The notes under the pieces were generated by a model. That model did no database searches. It saw only the letters and a program-made list of their open reading frames with translations, and was not told where the DNA came from. Below are positions 25,441 through 37,583 of a DNA stretch of 64,000 nt, piece after piece (position 1 is the stretch's first letter; the number at the start of each line of letters is the position of its first letter). The stretch spans positions 137,020,001-137,084,000 of the forward strand of contig JANJGN010000001.1 of NCBI GenBank assembly GCA_026770705.1, read 5' to 3'. The stretch is from Isurus oxyrinchus (lineage: Eukaryota). A program made the translations under genes and the position numbers.

Positions 25441-27108
25441 TAAAGGCAGAATACTGTGGATGCTGGAAATCTGAAACAAAAACAAAAAAATGCTGGAAAA
25501 ACTCAGCAGGTCTGTGGAGAGAAAGACAGTTAAACTTTTGAGTCTGTATGACTCCTTCAGGGCTAAAGAAGTAGAAATATGGTGAAATATATACTGTTTA
25601 GGGAGGGCAGAACAGATAAAGCTGGATAGAGGGCCAGCGATAGGTGGAGGCAAAGGAGAAATTGCGAAAGATATAAACAAAAGGTCAAGAGGTTGTTAAT
25701 AGTGGTAGTACTGGCTAAAGGAGGTGCTAATGGTGACATTGAGTGGAAAGCAGAATGTGATAATGGCAGATGGCTCTAGTGGGGGTGGAGTGGGGTGAGG
25801 GGACGGTGTGGGGAAAAAAGATCGAAAAGGTTAAAAGCTGGGGATAAAACAATGAATAAAAATGGAAATCAATTTTTAAAATAATGAAAATAAGTGGGGA
25901 AAAAATTAAATAAAAATTAAAAAAATAAAAATGAATAAGATAAAAGGGATTAAAAAGGATTGGGGATGGAGGAGAGAGTTCATGGTCTGAAGTTATTGAA
26001 CTCAGTGTTAAGTCGGGAAGGCTGTAAAGTGCCTAGTCGGAAGATGAGGTTCTGTTCTTCCAGTTTGCGTTGAGCTTCACTGGAACATTGCAGCAGGCCA
26101 AGGACGGACATGTGGGCATGAGAGCAGAGTGGAGTGTTGAAATGGCAAGCGACAGGGAGGTCTGGGTCATGCTTGCGGACAGACCGAAGGTGTTCCACAA
26201 AGCGGTCACCCACTCTGCGTTTGGCCTCTCCAATGTAGAGGAGACCACATTGGGAGCAACGAATGCAGTAGACCAAATTGAAGGAGGTGCATGTAAAGTG
26301 CTGCTTCATCTGAAAGGAGTGCTTGGGCCCTTGGGTGGTGAGGAGGAGGGAAGTAAAGGGGCAGATGTTGTACCTTCTGCGATTGCATGGGAAGGTGCCG
26401 TGGGAGGGGTTGAGGTATTGGGGGTGATGGAGGAGTGGACGAGGGTATCCCGGAGGGAACGATCCCGGCGGAATGCTGACAGGGATGAAGGGAAGATGTG
26501 TTAGGTGGTGACATTATGCTGGAGTTGGCGGAAATGTCGGAGGATGATCCTTTGAATGCGGAGCCTGGTGGGGTGAAAAGTGAGGACAAGGGGGACCCTA
26601 TCATGGTTCTGGGAGGAGGAGGAAGGTGTGAGGGCGGATGCGCAGGAGATGGGTCGGATATGGTTGAGGGTCCTATCAACCACCGTGGGCGGAAAACCTC
26701 AGTTAAGGAAGAAGGGAGACATGTCAGAAGCACTGTTTTGGAAAGTGGCATCATCGGAACAGATGTGACAGAAGCGAAGGAACTGAGAGAATGGGATGGA
26801 GTCCTTACAGGAAGCGGGGTGTGAGGAGCTGTAGTCGAGGTAGCTTTGGGAATCGGTAGGCTTGTAATGGATATTGGTGGACAGTCTTTCACCAGAAATT
26901 GAGACAGAGGTCAAGAAAGGGTAGGGAGGTGTAGGAGATGGACCATGTGAAAGTGATGGAGGGGTCGAAATTGGAAGCAAAATTGTTAAATTTTTCCAGG
27001 TCCAGACAAGAGCATGAAACGGCACTGAAACAGTCATTGATGTACCAGAGAAAAGAGTTGTGGGAGGGAGACTGAGTAGGACTGGAACAAGGAATGTTCC
27101 ATATATTC
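25441..27108 (-). mobile_element. Penelope-like element: RT C-terminus, GIY-YIG endonuclease and tail
   Basis: ISGERLSTNIHYKPTDSQSYLDYSSSHP...IPFSQFLR; FTCTSFNLVYCIRCSQCGLLYIGEAKRRVGDRFVEH...VACHFN. TSD GTTTAGATGTTGG at 25426-25438 and 27109-27121. Confidence 0.92.
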
Positions 27109-27186
27109 GTTTAGATGTTGGTAGATTTTATGGACAATTGGGAATAACCCGTTGTGCATTTGTTCACTAAATGTCTTCCCTCCTAG

Positions 27187-27437
27187 TTCACAGAAGGCCC
27201 TTTGTTGGATGGGCTTTATTGGGATCTGTGGTACAATAATGAAACACTGGCTGAGAACAAAAGTTTCATTTACTATGAAAATCTGCTTTTGGGAGTGCCT
27301 CGCGTTAGGCAGCTAAAAGTGAAGAATGAATCTTGTAAAATACATGAAGATCTAAAAGATGAAATCAAGGAATGCTATGATGTGTATTCAGTTGCAAATG
27401 AAGATACGGCACCATTTGGCCTTATGTCTAAAACCGC
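27187..27437 (+). CDS. PKD2: Polycystin-2 exon 4 (TOP domain)
   Basis: [12 protein letters not shown]...[20 protein letters not shown]...ECYDVYS. Confidence 0.95.
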
Positions 27438-28504
27438 GTATGTATCATTTTACTTTTACTTCTGCTATAGTTCTATGAAAATAATTTATAATGAGTGATC
27501 ATGTTCTGCACATTGGAAAATAAATTCTTAAAATTATATTGATAGTCTGTGCCAGGCAGCAGAAATGGGGTTGTTTGGATCTTGATTTTTTTTTTTCCTT
27601 ACTGGAACATTTGCCCATTGTATGATGGTACCACTGTGATTGTTTGCTCCTTTGTCATTCTCCTGCATGTGAATTTTTGGATTAAGGCTATGAATTTAGT
27701 TTTGTGCTTTGACTGCATTTATAACAAAATGGGTTGGCATTGACCATTGAGATCTTGCTTCTCACCCTGAAAGACTTCGAGAAGGAAATACAGGGTAATT
27801 CTGTAATCCATGTTCATGAGATGCATGAGTCAGAGAATTGGGTTTACTGTGTTGTAGCCCCTATCTTTGATCCACCTCTCTAATAGTGTAGCTTCTGGTG
27901 GGAGCAGTGATTCCAATTTCAGCTTCCTGTGTGGATCTAAACCTGGGCTACACTGGTAATTAGGTTCCATTCTACTGTTGCCTATCAATTGGTTCTAGTT
28001 GTTGCTCAATTCTAGTTGATCACATAAGATAATTTGTTGTATCATTATCAAATGATTCTCAACTCCTTTGATAATCAGAGTTGGTTGCCACAATGAAGTG
28101 TCGTTCTAAGCCAAACAGACTCGGGCTACCAGTTTTGATTCCTGCTCTATGCTGAGTTAGCTGCCCTCAGCCAGGCTGTGAGTTGAGGTGCTGTAAGTTG
28201 CCATAGTGATGATGCTAAAAGTGGTTAGAGGACCTAAAATAATCAACCAATATTGCTGCTCTTGATTGGTATTTAGTGACTCTAGGAATGAGTGCATATG
28301 TGACAGTCAGTTGAAGATAGCATTAGGTTCGATTGTGATGTTTTCTGTAGCCAAATAGCCTGGAACATTCATTCTCCTTGGTCACTTAGAAAAAATGACT
28401 GCTCGCACTAACTCTGAACCATACTCTAGAGCTTTGCATCTTCAGCCATGGGCAGAAACATTTTCCGAGATGATTATTTTTCTTCTCTTTTCAAATTAAA
28501 CCAG

Positions 28505-28729
28505 CTGGATTTATACAAGCGAGAAAGATTTGAAAGAGACCAGCTACTGGGGATTAGTCGCTACATACAGCGGAGCTGGATATTACCTGGACCTGGCAAG
28601 GCATAGAGATGAGACAGCAGCAAAGTTAAAAGTATTGAAGGAGAACCTCTGGCTTGATCGAGGCACCAGGGTTGTGTTTGTTGATTTCTCTGTCTACAAC
28701 GCCAACATTAACTTGTTTTGTGTGATCAG
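28505..28729 (+). CDS. PKD2: Polycystin-2 exon 5
   Basis: WIYTSEKDL...[10 protein letters not shown]...[26 protein letters not shown]. Confidence 0.95.
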
Positions 28730-29966
28730 GTACGGCCAGTTTTAAATGCTTCTTTGTTCGTCACTGTGTTTGAAACCTCAAACTCACTGGCTTTTCTTTT
28801 TTAAAAAAAAATGCTGGCTTTCCATGTTTGTGACAGCCTGCAGTGGCTTGGGATAGGAAGATGTGATTGTACCTGTAGGTAAGGTACTGCCATAAAACAG
28901 CAGTTAGCAGTTCTGTTTTATTTTGCTTGAAAAACATTGGGATAATTTACTATTAGGAATTTTAATCCAACACAGGAGACTAGTTTTGCGCAATTTGAAT
29001 TATAATTGAGTGATGAGGGATATACATCATTGTTAACTTTCTGATGGGAGGGAGGGGACAATTCAGAATTTGGACCTTTCTTTTAAAATGAGACAATTCT
29101 AAACTATAATGAAATTTGCCACCTGTATGTAAAGGGATTAAAATTGGTCTAAGCACAGAATAGTTATGGGACCTGATGTAAGTACTAAAGACAATGTATG
29201 AGTAATCAGAAAGCGACAGATGTGTAGATGAATCCAGGTCTAAGGAACATGGAGCATCGGTAAAGAAACCCAAAGAAGTGAATGTACGTGAAGCACCCAA
29301 ACAGCTGGGATCCAGGCTGGAATCTCGACGTGACTAAAAATGTTGACGAAGCTGTGTTGCGTGTTTCTTGGGTGCTTTGTAGATGGAAGGATTGTCTGCT
29401 TCTGTCAAATTATTGAGGATGGACAAATGAGGCTGTGGCTCCTACAAAACAACATGACCTAGAATTTCTGCAGGAGTTTCCTGATTTTCTACAGCTTCTG
29501 TAGAACCTCTTGGAGAAGTGACTGGAAATGACTTGGGGTGCCATTTTTCTGGAATTGCTGTAATCTCTCATTGAAAGTACAACACAGATTGTGACATACC
29601 CCCTCCCCCTTTTTTTCCACTCCCCACTCCCCCAACCTCCAAACAACAGTTCTTCAGGCATGTCTCTCTTAAACTGAAACCAGTGAACAATATTCATGGG
29701 AAATGCTTTGGATTTCATGTGGACAATGAACCTAATCACAGATGACCGCACTGAAGTTAGAGAATGTCTTCTTTCAATTAAGCTTATGTAATTATTCGCC
29801 CTTCATCACACACTGTGTGATGTATCTTGATGTATATGATGTATCTTGACCATGTAATATTTGTATATATTTTATGTTTTAGTGGATTCTTTGTTAAGTC
29901 AGGAATTGGCTCACGTTATTCCTATATTTTGGTCATTGACCGTTTATTTCTGTCCCGATTGGATAG

Positions 29967-30195
29967 GTTGGTGGTCGAGTTCCCAGCAACAGGAGGTGCT
30001 CTTTCATCCTGGCAGTTTCAGACAGTGAAACTTATTCGCTATGTATCCTCATTTGACTATTTCCTGGCAGCCTGTGAAATTGCATTCTGTATTTTCATAT
30101 TTTACTACATCATTGAGGAGATTCTGGAGATCCATATTCACAAACTGTATTACTTCAGGAGTGTGTGGAACTGTTTGGATATTGTGATCATTGTG
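29967..30195 (+). CDS. PKD2: Polycystin-2 exon 6
   Basis: [10 protein letters not shown]...KLIRYV...[10 protein letters not shown]. Confidence 0.95.
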
Positions 30196-30703
30196 GTAAG
30201 TGTCTAACAGTGAGGTGAATGCAATTATTTTGTTACATTATTTTTGGAGGTTTAACCTACCATCAGAAAGGAGGTTTCTGCAAATACAGACTGATTTTAG
30301 CATTCAGCGGAAGAACTCGAAGAGGCGGCATCTTTTATATAAAAGATAAACAAATGGGCATTTCTAGAACACCTTTCATGACCTCAGGAGGCCCTGAAGC
30401 ACTTTACAGCCAGTGAAGTACTTTTGAAGTGTAGTCACTTTTAACGTAGGAAATTTTGGGCAGTGTTAGTTTTCCAGGCCTTTATCTCTGGGGCTTGGAG
30501 AAGTGTATTTGGTAGTCTTGTGCATCTTCTCTTCACCCTTACTCAGTATTGCAGCTTAAAGCCATTAGCTCCTCCTCTCACTTCAGCAACTTTCCCAACT
30601 AGTGATTCTGTAGGCTTGTGCTTCTGGTTGGTGGACTTAGTGGGCATTCCTGCAAGATCTGATTCTAGGCTGTGGTACTCTCCTCCTAACCCCAACTAAA
30701 CAC

Positions 30704-31815
30704 TGTTATGACCAAGTCCAGAAGCATGAATAAACTCCTCTCTTTTCTACCCCTGAGATTGGCTGTAATAGAGTTTGAATTTTTTTAAATTATGATTATC
30801 TTTTATTCAATTCAGGCTGCACTTGACCATATGTAAAGCGGTATGAAGAAATAAACCAGCCAGGTCTCTTGAGTTAACAAGTAAGCAGTTAGTTTTATTG
30901 TGTAAAAGTCCACCCAGGTAAAAATGTAAGACTTATTAAAAAGGTAAAAGCACATCCCGAAACCCGCAACATACACACAGAACACGTTATTGGGTGTAGG
31001 GGGTGGAATTAATGAGTTAAAGTCTGTGAGAGAGAGAGAGAGGAAATACATGCTCTGATGTTCTTTTGGGTGTCTTGAAATTCCAGGTGTTGTAGCCGAT
31101 GTAAGTTGGTTATTTTGCTGGAAGCAATCCCTTTTAAATTGTAATTCGTCTTCCTCCAAAGTGGATGTTATGGTACTTAGAAGTTTCTTTCGATTTAAAT
31201 TCTCCATCTCTGTTTCTGTGATGTATTCCAGATGTAACAGATGTAGGGTCCTGAATTTGGAAATTGAAGGTAGAGAGAGATGATGTTACAGGTCCATTCT
31301 GCAGACTCCTTATTTTCTGATACTAGCAACTTGTGCTGCCCTTTTCACACTTGGCAGTAAAGATGTCTGCTGTCATGCTGGCGTTCAAATTGCACTGTCG
31401 TTGGTTCCCACTGGCAGTGAAATTCTCTCTCCTGTGTTAGAAGTCTTTCAGATCAACAGTGGCCTCCTACAGGTCAGACAGTTTTTTTTGTGTATCCTGT
31501 CAGTCATTGTGGTAGCCAGAGGTGATTGAATATTAATGTCTCAGCTATTAACTCCTTGAGTGGTCCATTTCCCTCTTGATAATGTGGAGAAGGGCTTTTA
31601 CACCTCCAAGGGAACGCCATTGTTTCTCTGAGGGTTCCACAGAGTTGTTGACTCCATGATGAGGAATGTGGCTTTCACAACTGTAAATTAGCAACCGTTT
31701 TAACTCGGTGTCTTTTCTTTGCAAAAGTCCTTTTAAAGATATTCAGTATATCTCTGACCAGCCAATGAAATTAAAGAATAGCACTCCAATTTGCACATGA
31801 TACATCGTAATGACA
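30704..31815. mobile_element. Solo LTR (Gypsy/ERV-type)
   Basis: TG...CA termini with an imperfect inverted repeat (TGTTATGAC / GTAATGACA) and a 4-bp direct repeat ACAC on both flanks; no internal coding sequence. Confidence 0.65.
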
Positions 31816-31895
31816 ACACTGCTCAACCCAAGTAGGACAACCTTGTGTTGTTGATTCAATGGAAGTAGTAATTGTTTTACTTTCTTGTTTTCCAG

Positions 31896-32066
31896 CTTTC
31901 CTTGGTAGCAATTTGCATCAATCTGTATCGTACATCAATAGTCACTGAATTACTCGGAGAGTTACTTGAGAACCAGAATTCATACCCCAACCTCGAGTCT
32001 CTGGCATATTGGCAGATTCAGTTTAACAACATGACTGCAGTGGTTGTATTTTTTGCATGGATTAAG
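31896..32066 (+). CDS. PKD2: Polycystin-2 exon 7
   Basis: [13 protein letters not shown]...[10 protein letters not shown]...FAWIK. Confidence 0.95.
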
Positions 32067-32409
32067 GTATATTTATAATTAAACTATATAACTTGAACAT
32101 TCAGATTAAGTTCCTTGTTTAAGCCTTCAAACTCCAAACTTTTGCTGAATCCATTTTTTTTTGATTAAGCCACAATAAGGCTTAAAGTTTATATGTATAT
32201 AGTGAACAGCATGACAGGGTAGGAATAAGGTCGTAATACGCAAACAGCTACAAACTCTGGCGCACACATTCAGACACTACTCTCAATGCTTGAAAAGACC
32301 CGTTCTGCCACTCATGTCAGTAGGCTGTTAGTCCAGTGCTTGGCTATGCCTTCATTAGTGCAGGAGTCACTGCTACTGAAAGAGTAGCTCATGACGTAGG
32401 AGGAATATT

Positions 32410-32770
32410 ATATAGACGAATAAGGGGTGATGTAATTGAGCTGTTTAAGATGATTAAATTATTTGATAGGGTAGCTAGAGAGTAGTTGAGTCCAGAACAA
32501 TGGGGCTGAACCTTGGGTTTAATTTTAAGGATGAAGCCAGGAAGCCCTGCTTCACACACAGGTTAGTGGAAGTATGGAACTCTCTCCCAAAAGTGTTGAG
32601 GCTGTGGGTCAATTATAATTTTCAAAACTGAGACTGATAGGTTTTTGTTGGGTAAGCGCATTAAGAGTTTCAGAATGAAGGTGGTTAGATGGGGTTAGGA
32701 TACAGATCAGGCGTGATCTGATTAAATAATGGAACAGGCTGGTGGGGCTGAATGGCTTCCTCCTGTTCCT
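32410..32770 (+). mobile_element. Degraded CR1 3' fragment
   Basis: Typical CR1 end ...tggaactctctccc...gggctgaatggcttcctcctgttcct. Confidence 0.6.
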
Positions 32771-32894
32771 CCTGTGAAATGCCCTGCCAGGACCCGCAGT
32801 TAATAATGCGGAGGTGCCATTTAAGAGTTGAGATGCACTTTAGTTAAATTAGGAAGTAAAGTTGATTTATGACATGAAACTTTTATTTTCACAG

Positions 32895-33076
32895 ATCTTC
32901 AAATTTATTAGCTTCAACAAGACCATGACCCAGTTGTCTTCTACCATGTCTCGTTGTGCCAAAGACATCATAGGCTTTGCCATCATGTTTTTTATTGTTT
33001 TCTTGGCTTACGCTCAGCTGGCATACCTTGTCTTTGGCACTCAGGTTGATGACTTCAGCACTTTCCACACCTGCAT
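32895..33076 (+). CDS. PKD2: Polycystin-2 exon 8 (S4-S5 linker, S5)
   Basis: [24 protein letters not shown]...[22 protein letters not shown]. Confidence 0.95.
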
Positions 33077-33689
33077 GTAAGTGTCTTTTTGGTGGGGATG
33101 GGAATTTGAACCTCACTTGGTTGGAGTGCTTCAGAATTATTATTCTTTATTTTGTCCATAATTATGCTTTTTGTCTCTGTGCGTAGTCACATCCAGAAAT
33201 GCAATATAGTAACCTTGGGTTTATATGTATCTTTTTCCTCATATGTGCACACCAGATCTCTGTTTTATTTGTCATTTGTTTGCTTTGCACTGGTCTGCAT
33301 GCACTCACCAGTATCAAGTAGTGCCTTTATTCCCCTGTTGTTTAATTCATTTTTTTATGTTGGTATGTAGCTCTCCTTAGTTCCTTGAGGCAATGCATTT
33401 AGTGCTTACGCTGACTCAGTGTCAATTGGCCCAGAGGAAAGTGCTTGATGACATTTTATTCCACTGTTTTGTTTCTTGGGTCCTTCAGGTTTTCACCCTT
33501 TCCCACCTGGAACTAGCTATTTGTTTCTGTCCATAAATCTCTGCTGTGAGAGGCAGAAAATGAAAGATGAAACTCCTGCCTGCTCCTTCTCAATCATTTG
33601 AAAGAAGGGTGGATGTTTGAGATAGCTGCGACTTGCTGTAGCATTCCCTGGCACTTCAAGAGTTGGGTTAGACAGAAGCACTGCACGTG

Positions 33690-34660
33690 GGATGTTTCTG
33701 TGGCTGGAAGCCTGTTTCCTGTGGGGTTCTGCAGGGCTCGGTACTGGGGCCTTTGCTGTTTGTGGTGTACATAAATGATTTGGACTTAAATGTAGGGGGG
33801 ATGATCAAGAAGTTCGCAGATGCCACGAAAATTGCTAGGGTGGTAAATAGTGAGGAGGATAGCCGTAAACTGCAGGAGGATATCAATGGACTGGTCAGGT
33901 GGGCAGAGCAGTGGCAAATGGAATTCAACCCAGATTCAACTTGGGATTACACCATATTTGGTAGAACCCTGGGAAGGACTGAAGATCACAGGGATCTTGG
34001 TGTGCATATCCACAGATTCCTGAAGGCAGCAGGGCAGGTAGATAAGGTGGTTAAAAAGGCATATGAGGTACTTAACTTTATTGGCCGAGGCATAGAACAC
34101 AAGGTTATGCTGGAACTGTATAAAACGCTGGTTAGGCCACAACTGGAGTACTGTGTGCAGTTCTGGTCACCACACTATAGGAAGGATGTGATTGCAGAGG
34201 AGATTTACCAGGATGCTGCCTGGGCTGGAGGGCCTGAGCTGTGAGGAAAGATCGAATGGGCTGGGGTTGTTTTCCTTGGGGCGGCGAGGGTTGAGAAGGG
34301 ACCTGATAGAGATTAAGAGGGGTGTAGATAGGGTGGATAAGAAGGCACTTTTTCCATTAGTAGAGGGGTCAATAACTAGAGGGCATAGATTTAAGGTAAG
34401 AGGTAGAATGCTAAGAGGGGAGTTGAAGAGAAATTTTTTCACCCAGAGAGCGGTGGGAGTCTGGAACTCACTTCTTGAAAGGGTGGCTGAGTCAGAAACT
34501 CGCATTACATTTAAGAAGTATTTAGATATTCACTTGCGTTGCCATAGCCTCCAGGGCTATGGGTCAAGCCCTGGAAAATGGGCTTAAGTGTAGTCAGATC
34601 TTTGTTGCCTAGCGCAGACACTATGGGATGAATAGCTGCCTCCTGTGCTGTAAACATCTG
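33690..34660 (+). mobile_element. CR1 LINE RT/3' fragment
   Basis: GVLQGSVLGPLLFVVYINDLD...KFADATKI...LYKTLVRPQLEYCVQFWSPHY; TRGHRFKVRG. Confidence 0.9.
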
Positions 34661-34938
34661 AGTCTACATGCTTATGCAGCCTACATGGATGTATAGATTG
34701 GAATGTTTGTCACAGTGCCCATTTTCAACTCTGCATTAATCAGTTCTTAATTTTGAGTGCTTATTGGCTAAAACTCATTGTACAAGCAAACTACAACCAA
34801 TGGAGATATTGTCTCCCTTATTAAGATATTCTCTCACTTATGGATTAAACTCTATTATATTCCTCATTAATAACAAATTTGGATAGAGGTGGCAGATTGT
34901 TAACAAGTGGCCTTACTTTTCCTCTTTCCTTCTTGTAG

Positions 34939-35059
34939 CTTTACTCAATTTCGCATAATTCTGGGAGATTTTGACTTCACCAAAATTGAAGAAGCTGACC
35001 GGATTCTGGGACCAATTTATTTTGTCACTTTTGTGTTCTTCATTTTCTTCATTCTCCTG
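34939..35059 (+). CDS. PKD2: Polycystin-2 exon 9 (pore, S6)
   Basis: [40 protein letters not shown]. Confidence 0.95.
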
Positions 35060-35726
35060 GTGAGTAATGAATGCAGTCATCTCTGCAGGAGAAATTTTAA
35101 AAATCCATGCACAATACTTGCAGCATAGTTGATTCCCCCATTCCCGGTTACTGCCACTATTTTCTGTTGCTATGAGACTCAGCATTTCAGATGTGTCTTT
35201 GAGTGTTTAGTCCACTGACGTTGGCTGAAAGAGTGCCAGTGTGTGGCTCTTGGCTGCTGATTAGGTGATGTTTCAGTCGACAAAATTCAGTTGTGGTCAA
35301 GTGCATGGTAACCATAGTTCCATCCGGATTAACACTTATTCCAAATCCAGGGGAATCGAGTGCAATTCTGTCAGCAACTTGAATTGTACCTGGTCTTAAG
35401 CTTGAAACTCCAAAAAGGGAAGTCCTGTCTTAATACCTCTAATTTTGTAAACCAGCCTGGTCCCAAGGTTGACCTCTTAGTCAGGACTGTGTTTCTGCTG
35501 TTTGAAAGGGAATGGGTAGCAGTTTTATGTTCAGAAATGTTCAGACCCGTAGGAGAGCACTGTTTAGAACACCCCTATCTTATAAAAATAGCTAATCCTC
35601 TAACTCTCCGTGACCAATACCACAGATCTGCTAATGTTTTGTAAAACAATTATTTCCTCGTAAAATCCTGCTTATTTCTACTTGAGATTTGTTTTTCTTT
35701 CCAATGATTTCTGTTTATTTCACCAG

Positions 35727-35825
35727 AACATGTTTTTGGCCATCATTAATGACACCTACTCTGAAGTGAAATCTGATATGGCTCAGCAGAAAAGTGAGAT
35801 GGAACTCGCTGACCTTATTAAGAAG
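35727..35825 (+). CDS. PKD2: Polycystin-2 exon 10 (not in ORF track)
   Basis: [33 protein letters not shown]; 99 nt, ag/gt borders. Confidence 0.95.
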
Positions 35826-37256
35826 GTATTGATTTGATTTTTTATCATAAATTGGTTTTGCTCTTGTAGAAAGCATTGCTGATTGCTTTGCATATGCATA
35901 AAATATTTTTGATGGGTAGAGTTGTGGTTCAGTTTATGGTTGCAATTAAGTGTCATTTTACCATTTCATATCTTGCTGTCTATGATATGTACCAGTTTAT
36001 AATCCTACCAATTTATCAAATTCTTTACTGCAATCATGCTTTGCATTTCTGGCTAATAGTTATTAGTCAGATTTGGTGGCAAATGCCTCAGACAAAATGT
36101 TTAATTGCCATGGATGATGATTATTCTCAGTTAAGTATTTCACATGGATGGAAGGTCCATAGCTGGCAATTTGGCACTGACACGAAGAGCTCCAAAACTG
36201 CATTCCTGATTCAGCTGCTGAATGTTCACTCTTAGATCAGTGCCATTGATAGTTGTCATGTTGCATTCCTTGTTTCTGATCTTTAGTGCTGTGACACACT
36301 GACACAATTCCATACCATTGCTGTTCCACATGTCTAATTTGAAGATTGTTTGGATTTATCTCCAAAGATTTGGGTTTTGTTATTTGGTTATTATTTTGCC
36401 ATTTTATGTGAATTCTTGTTTGTGTAGTTGGTGACTTTGGATACCTGAAATAAAGGTGCTCACCATTTAATTCACCCACAACTGTTTACAGCTTTGTATC
36501 GAACAAGAATGCATTACCTGGCCCAGCGTTAAGATGTGTTATAGTAGTCTTGTCTTGAATCTGTTCTAAACACAGTGGCTAACTCAGCCATTAATAGAAA
36601 CACTTGCTAATTTCATTAATGGCTCTCTCTGTTCCAGAGCTCTTGGAATTGTTCCCACATCCCTCTGTTTTCTCAAGCAATTACACTTTTCTTAGCTTTT
36701 TTTTTGACAGTGAAGATCCACATGCATGCATTTCTCCTTCCTATCCCCACAGACACCTGCTTTGCATTCTATCTCTGCACAATTAGCAATGTTTCCACAG
36801 GCTCAGCACAATTCCGAATGTTAGTGCCACCACAACTAAAGTGCATCCTGAATTCAGTGAGTGACTTAGCATGACCTAATTACAAATGTTGGGCCTGTGT
36901 TAATGAAGAGTTTTAGTTCAGATGTTTTCAGGCCTCCATCTTGAGCAGGCATGCCTAACAGCGCAGAGTTCCTGCTAAGCTGCAGATGTGCACAGCTGTG
37001 CAGGAGACTGGAAAACACAGTACATCCTAGTTCCATGATAAATATCACTCATGCATACAAAATTTAAGTCTACAACATGTGGGGAAAAAACTGGCCCCAC
37101 ACAACGAAATTTTATGGAAACTTTTGAGTATAACACTTGTCTGATTACCAAAGTACCAGCTGCTTATAAAGATTTTTCAATATGATTGTTTTCCTGCTAG
37201 TTAACTTGCCTTAGCCGATAACAGCTCATCCTAGCTACCACGTTTTCTTTAACTAG

Positions 37257-37378
37257 GGGTGCAGCAAGGCCATGGTGAAACTCCGGCTGAGGAAGACAAC
37301 AGTAGATGACATCACAGAGAATCTGCGTCAAGCTGGAGGAAGACTAAATTTTGATGAGTTACGACAGGATCTGAAGGG
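37257..37378 (+). CDS. PKD2: Polycystin-2 exon 11
   Basis: [40 protein letters not shown]. Confidence 0.93.
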
Positions 37379-37465
37379 GTACAGTGAAATTTTGTTGAAG
37401 TATTTATTTTCATGTCGGTATAAGTTAATTAAAAAAAAAACCGATACACGTTGCTCACTCTGTAG

Positions 37466-37583
37466 GAAGGGTCATACTGATGCGGAGATAGAAGCAATCT
37501 TTGCCAAATATGATCAGGATGGAGATCAGGAACTAACAGAACATGAACGTCAGCAGATGAGGGATGACTTGGAGAAAGAGCGG
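37466..37583 (+). CDS. PKD2: Polycystin-2 exon 12 (EF-hand)
   Basis: [27 protein letters not shown]...LEKER. Confidence 0.95.
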
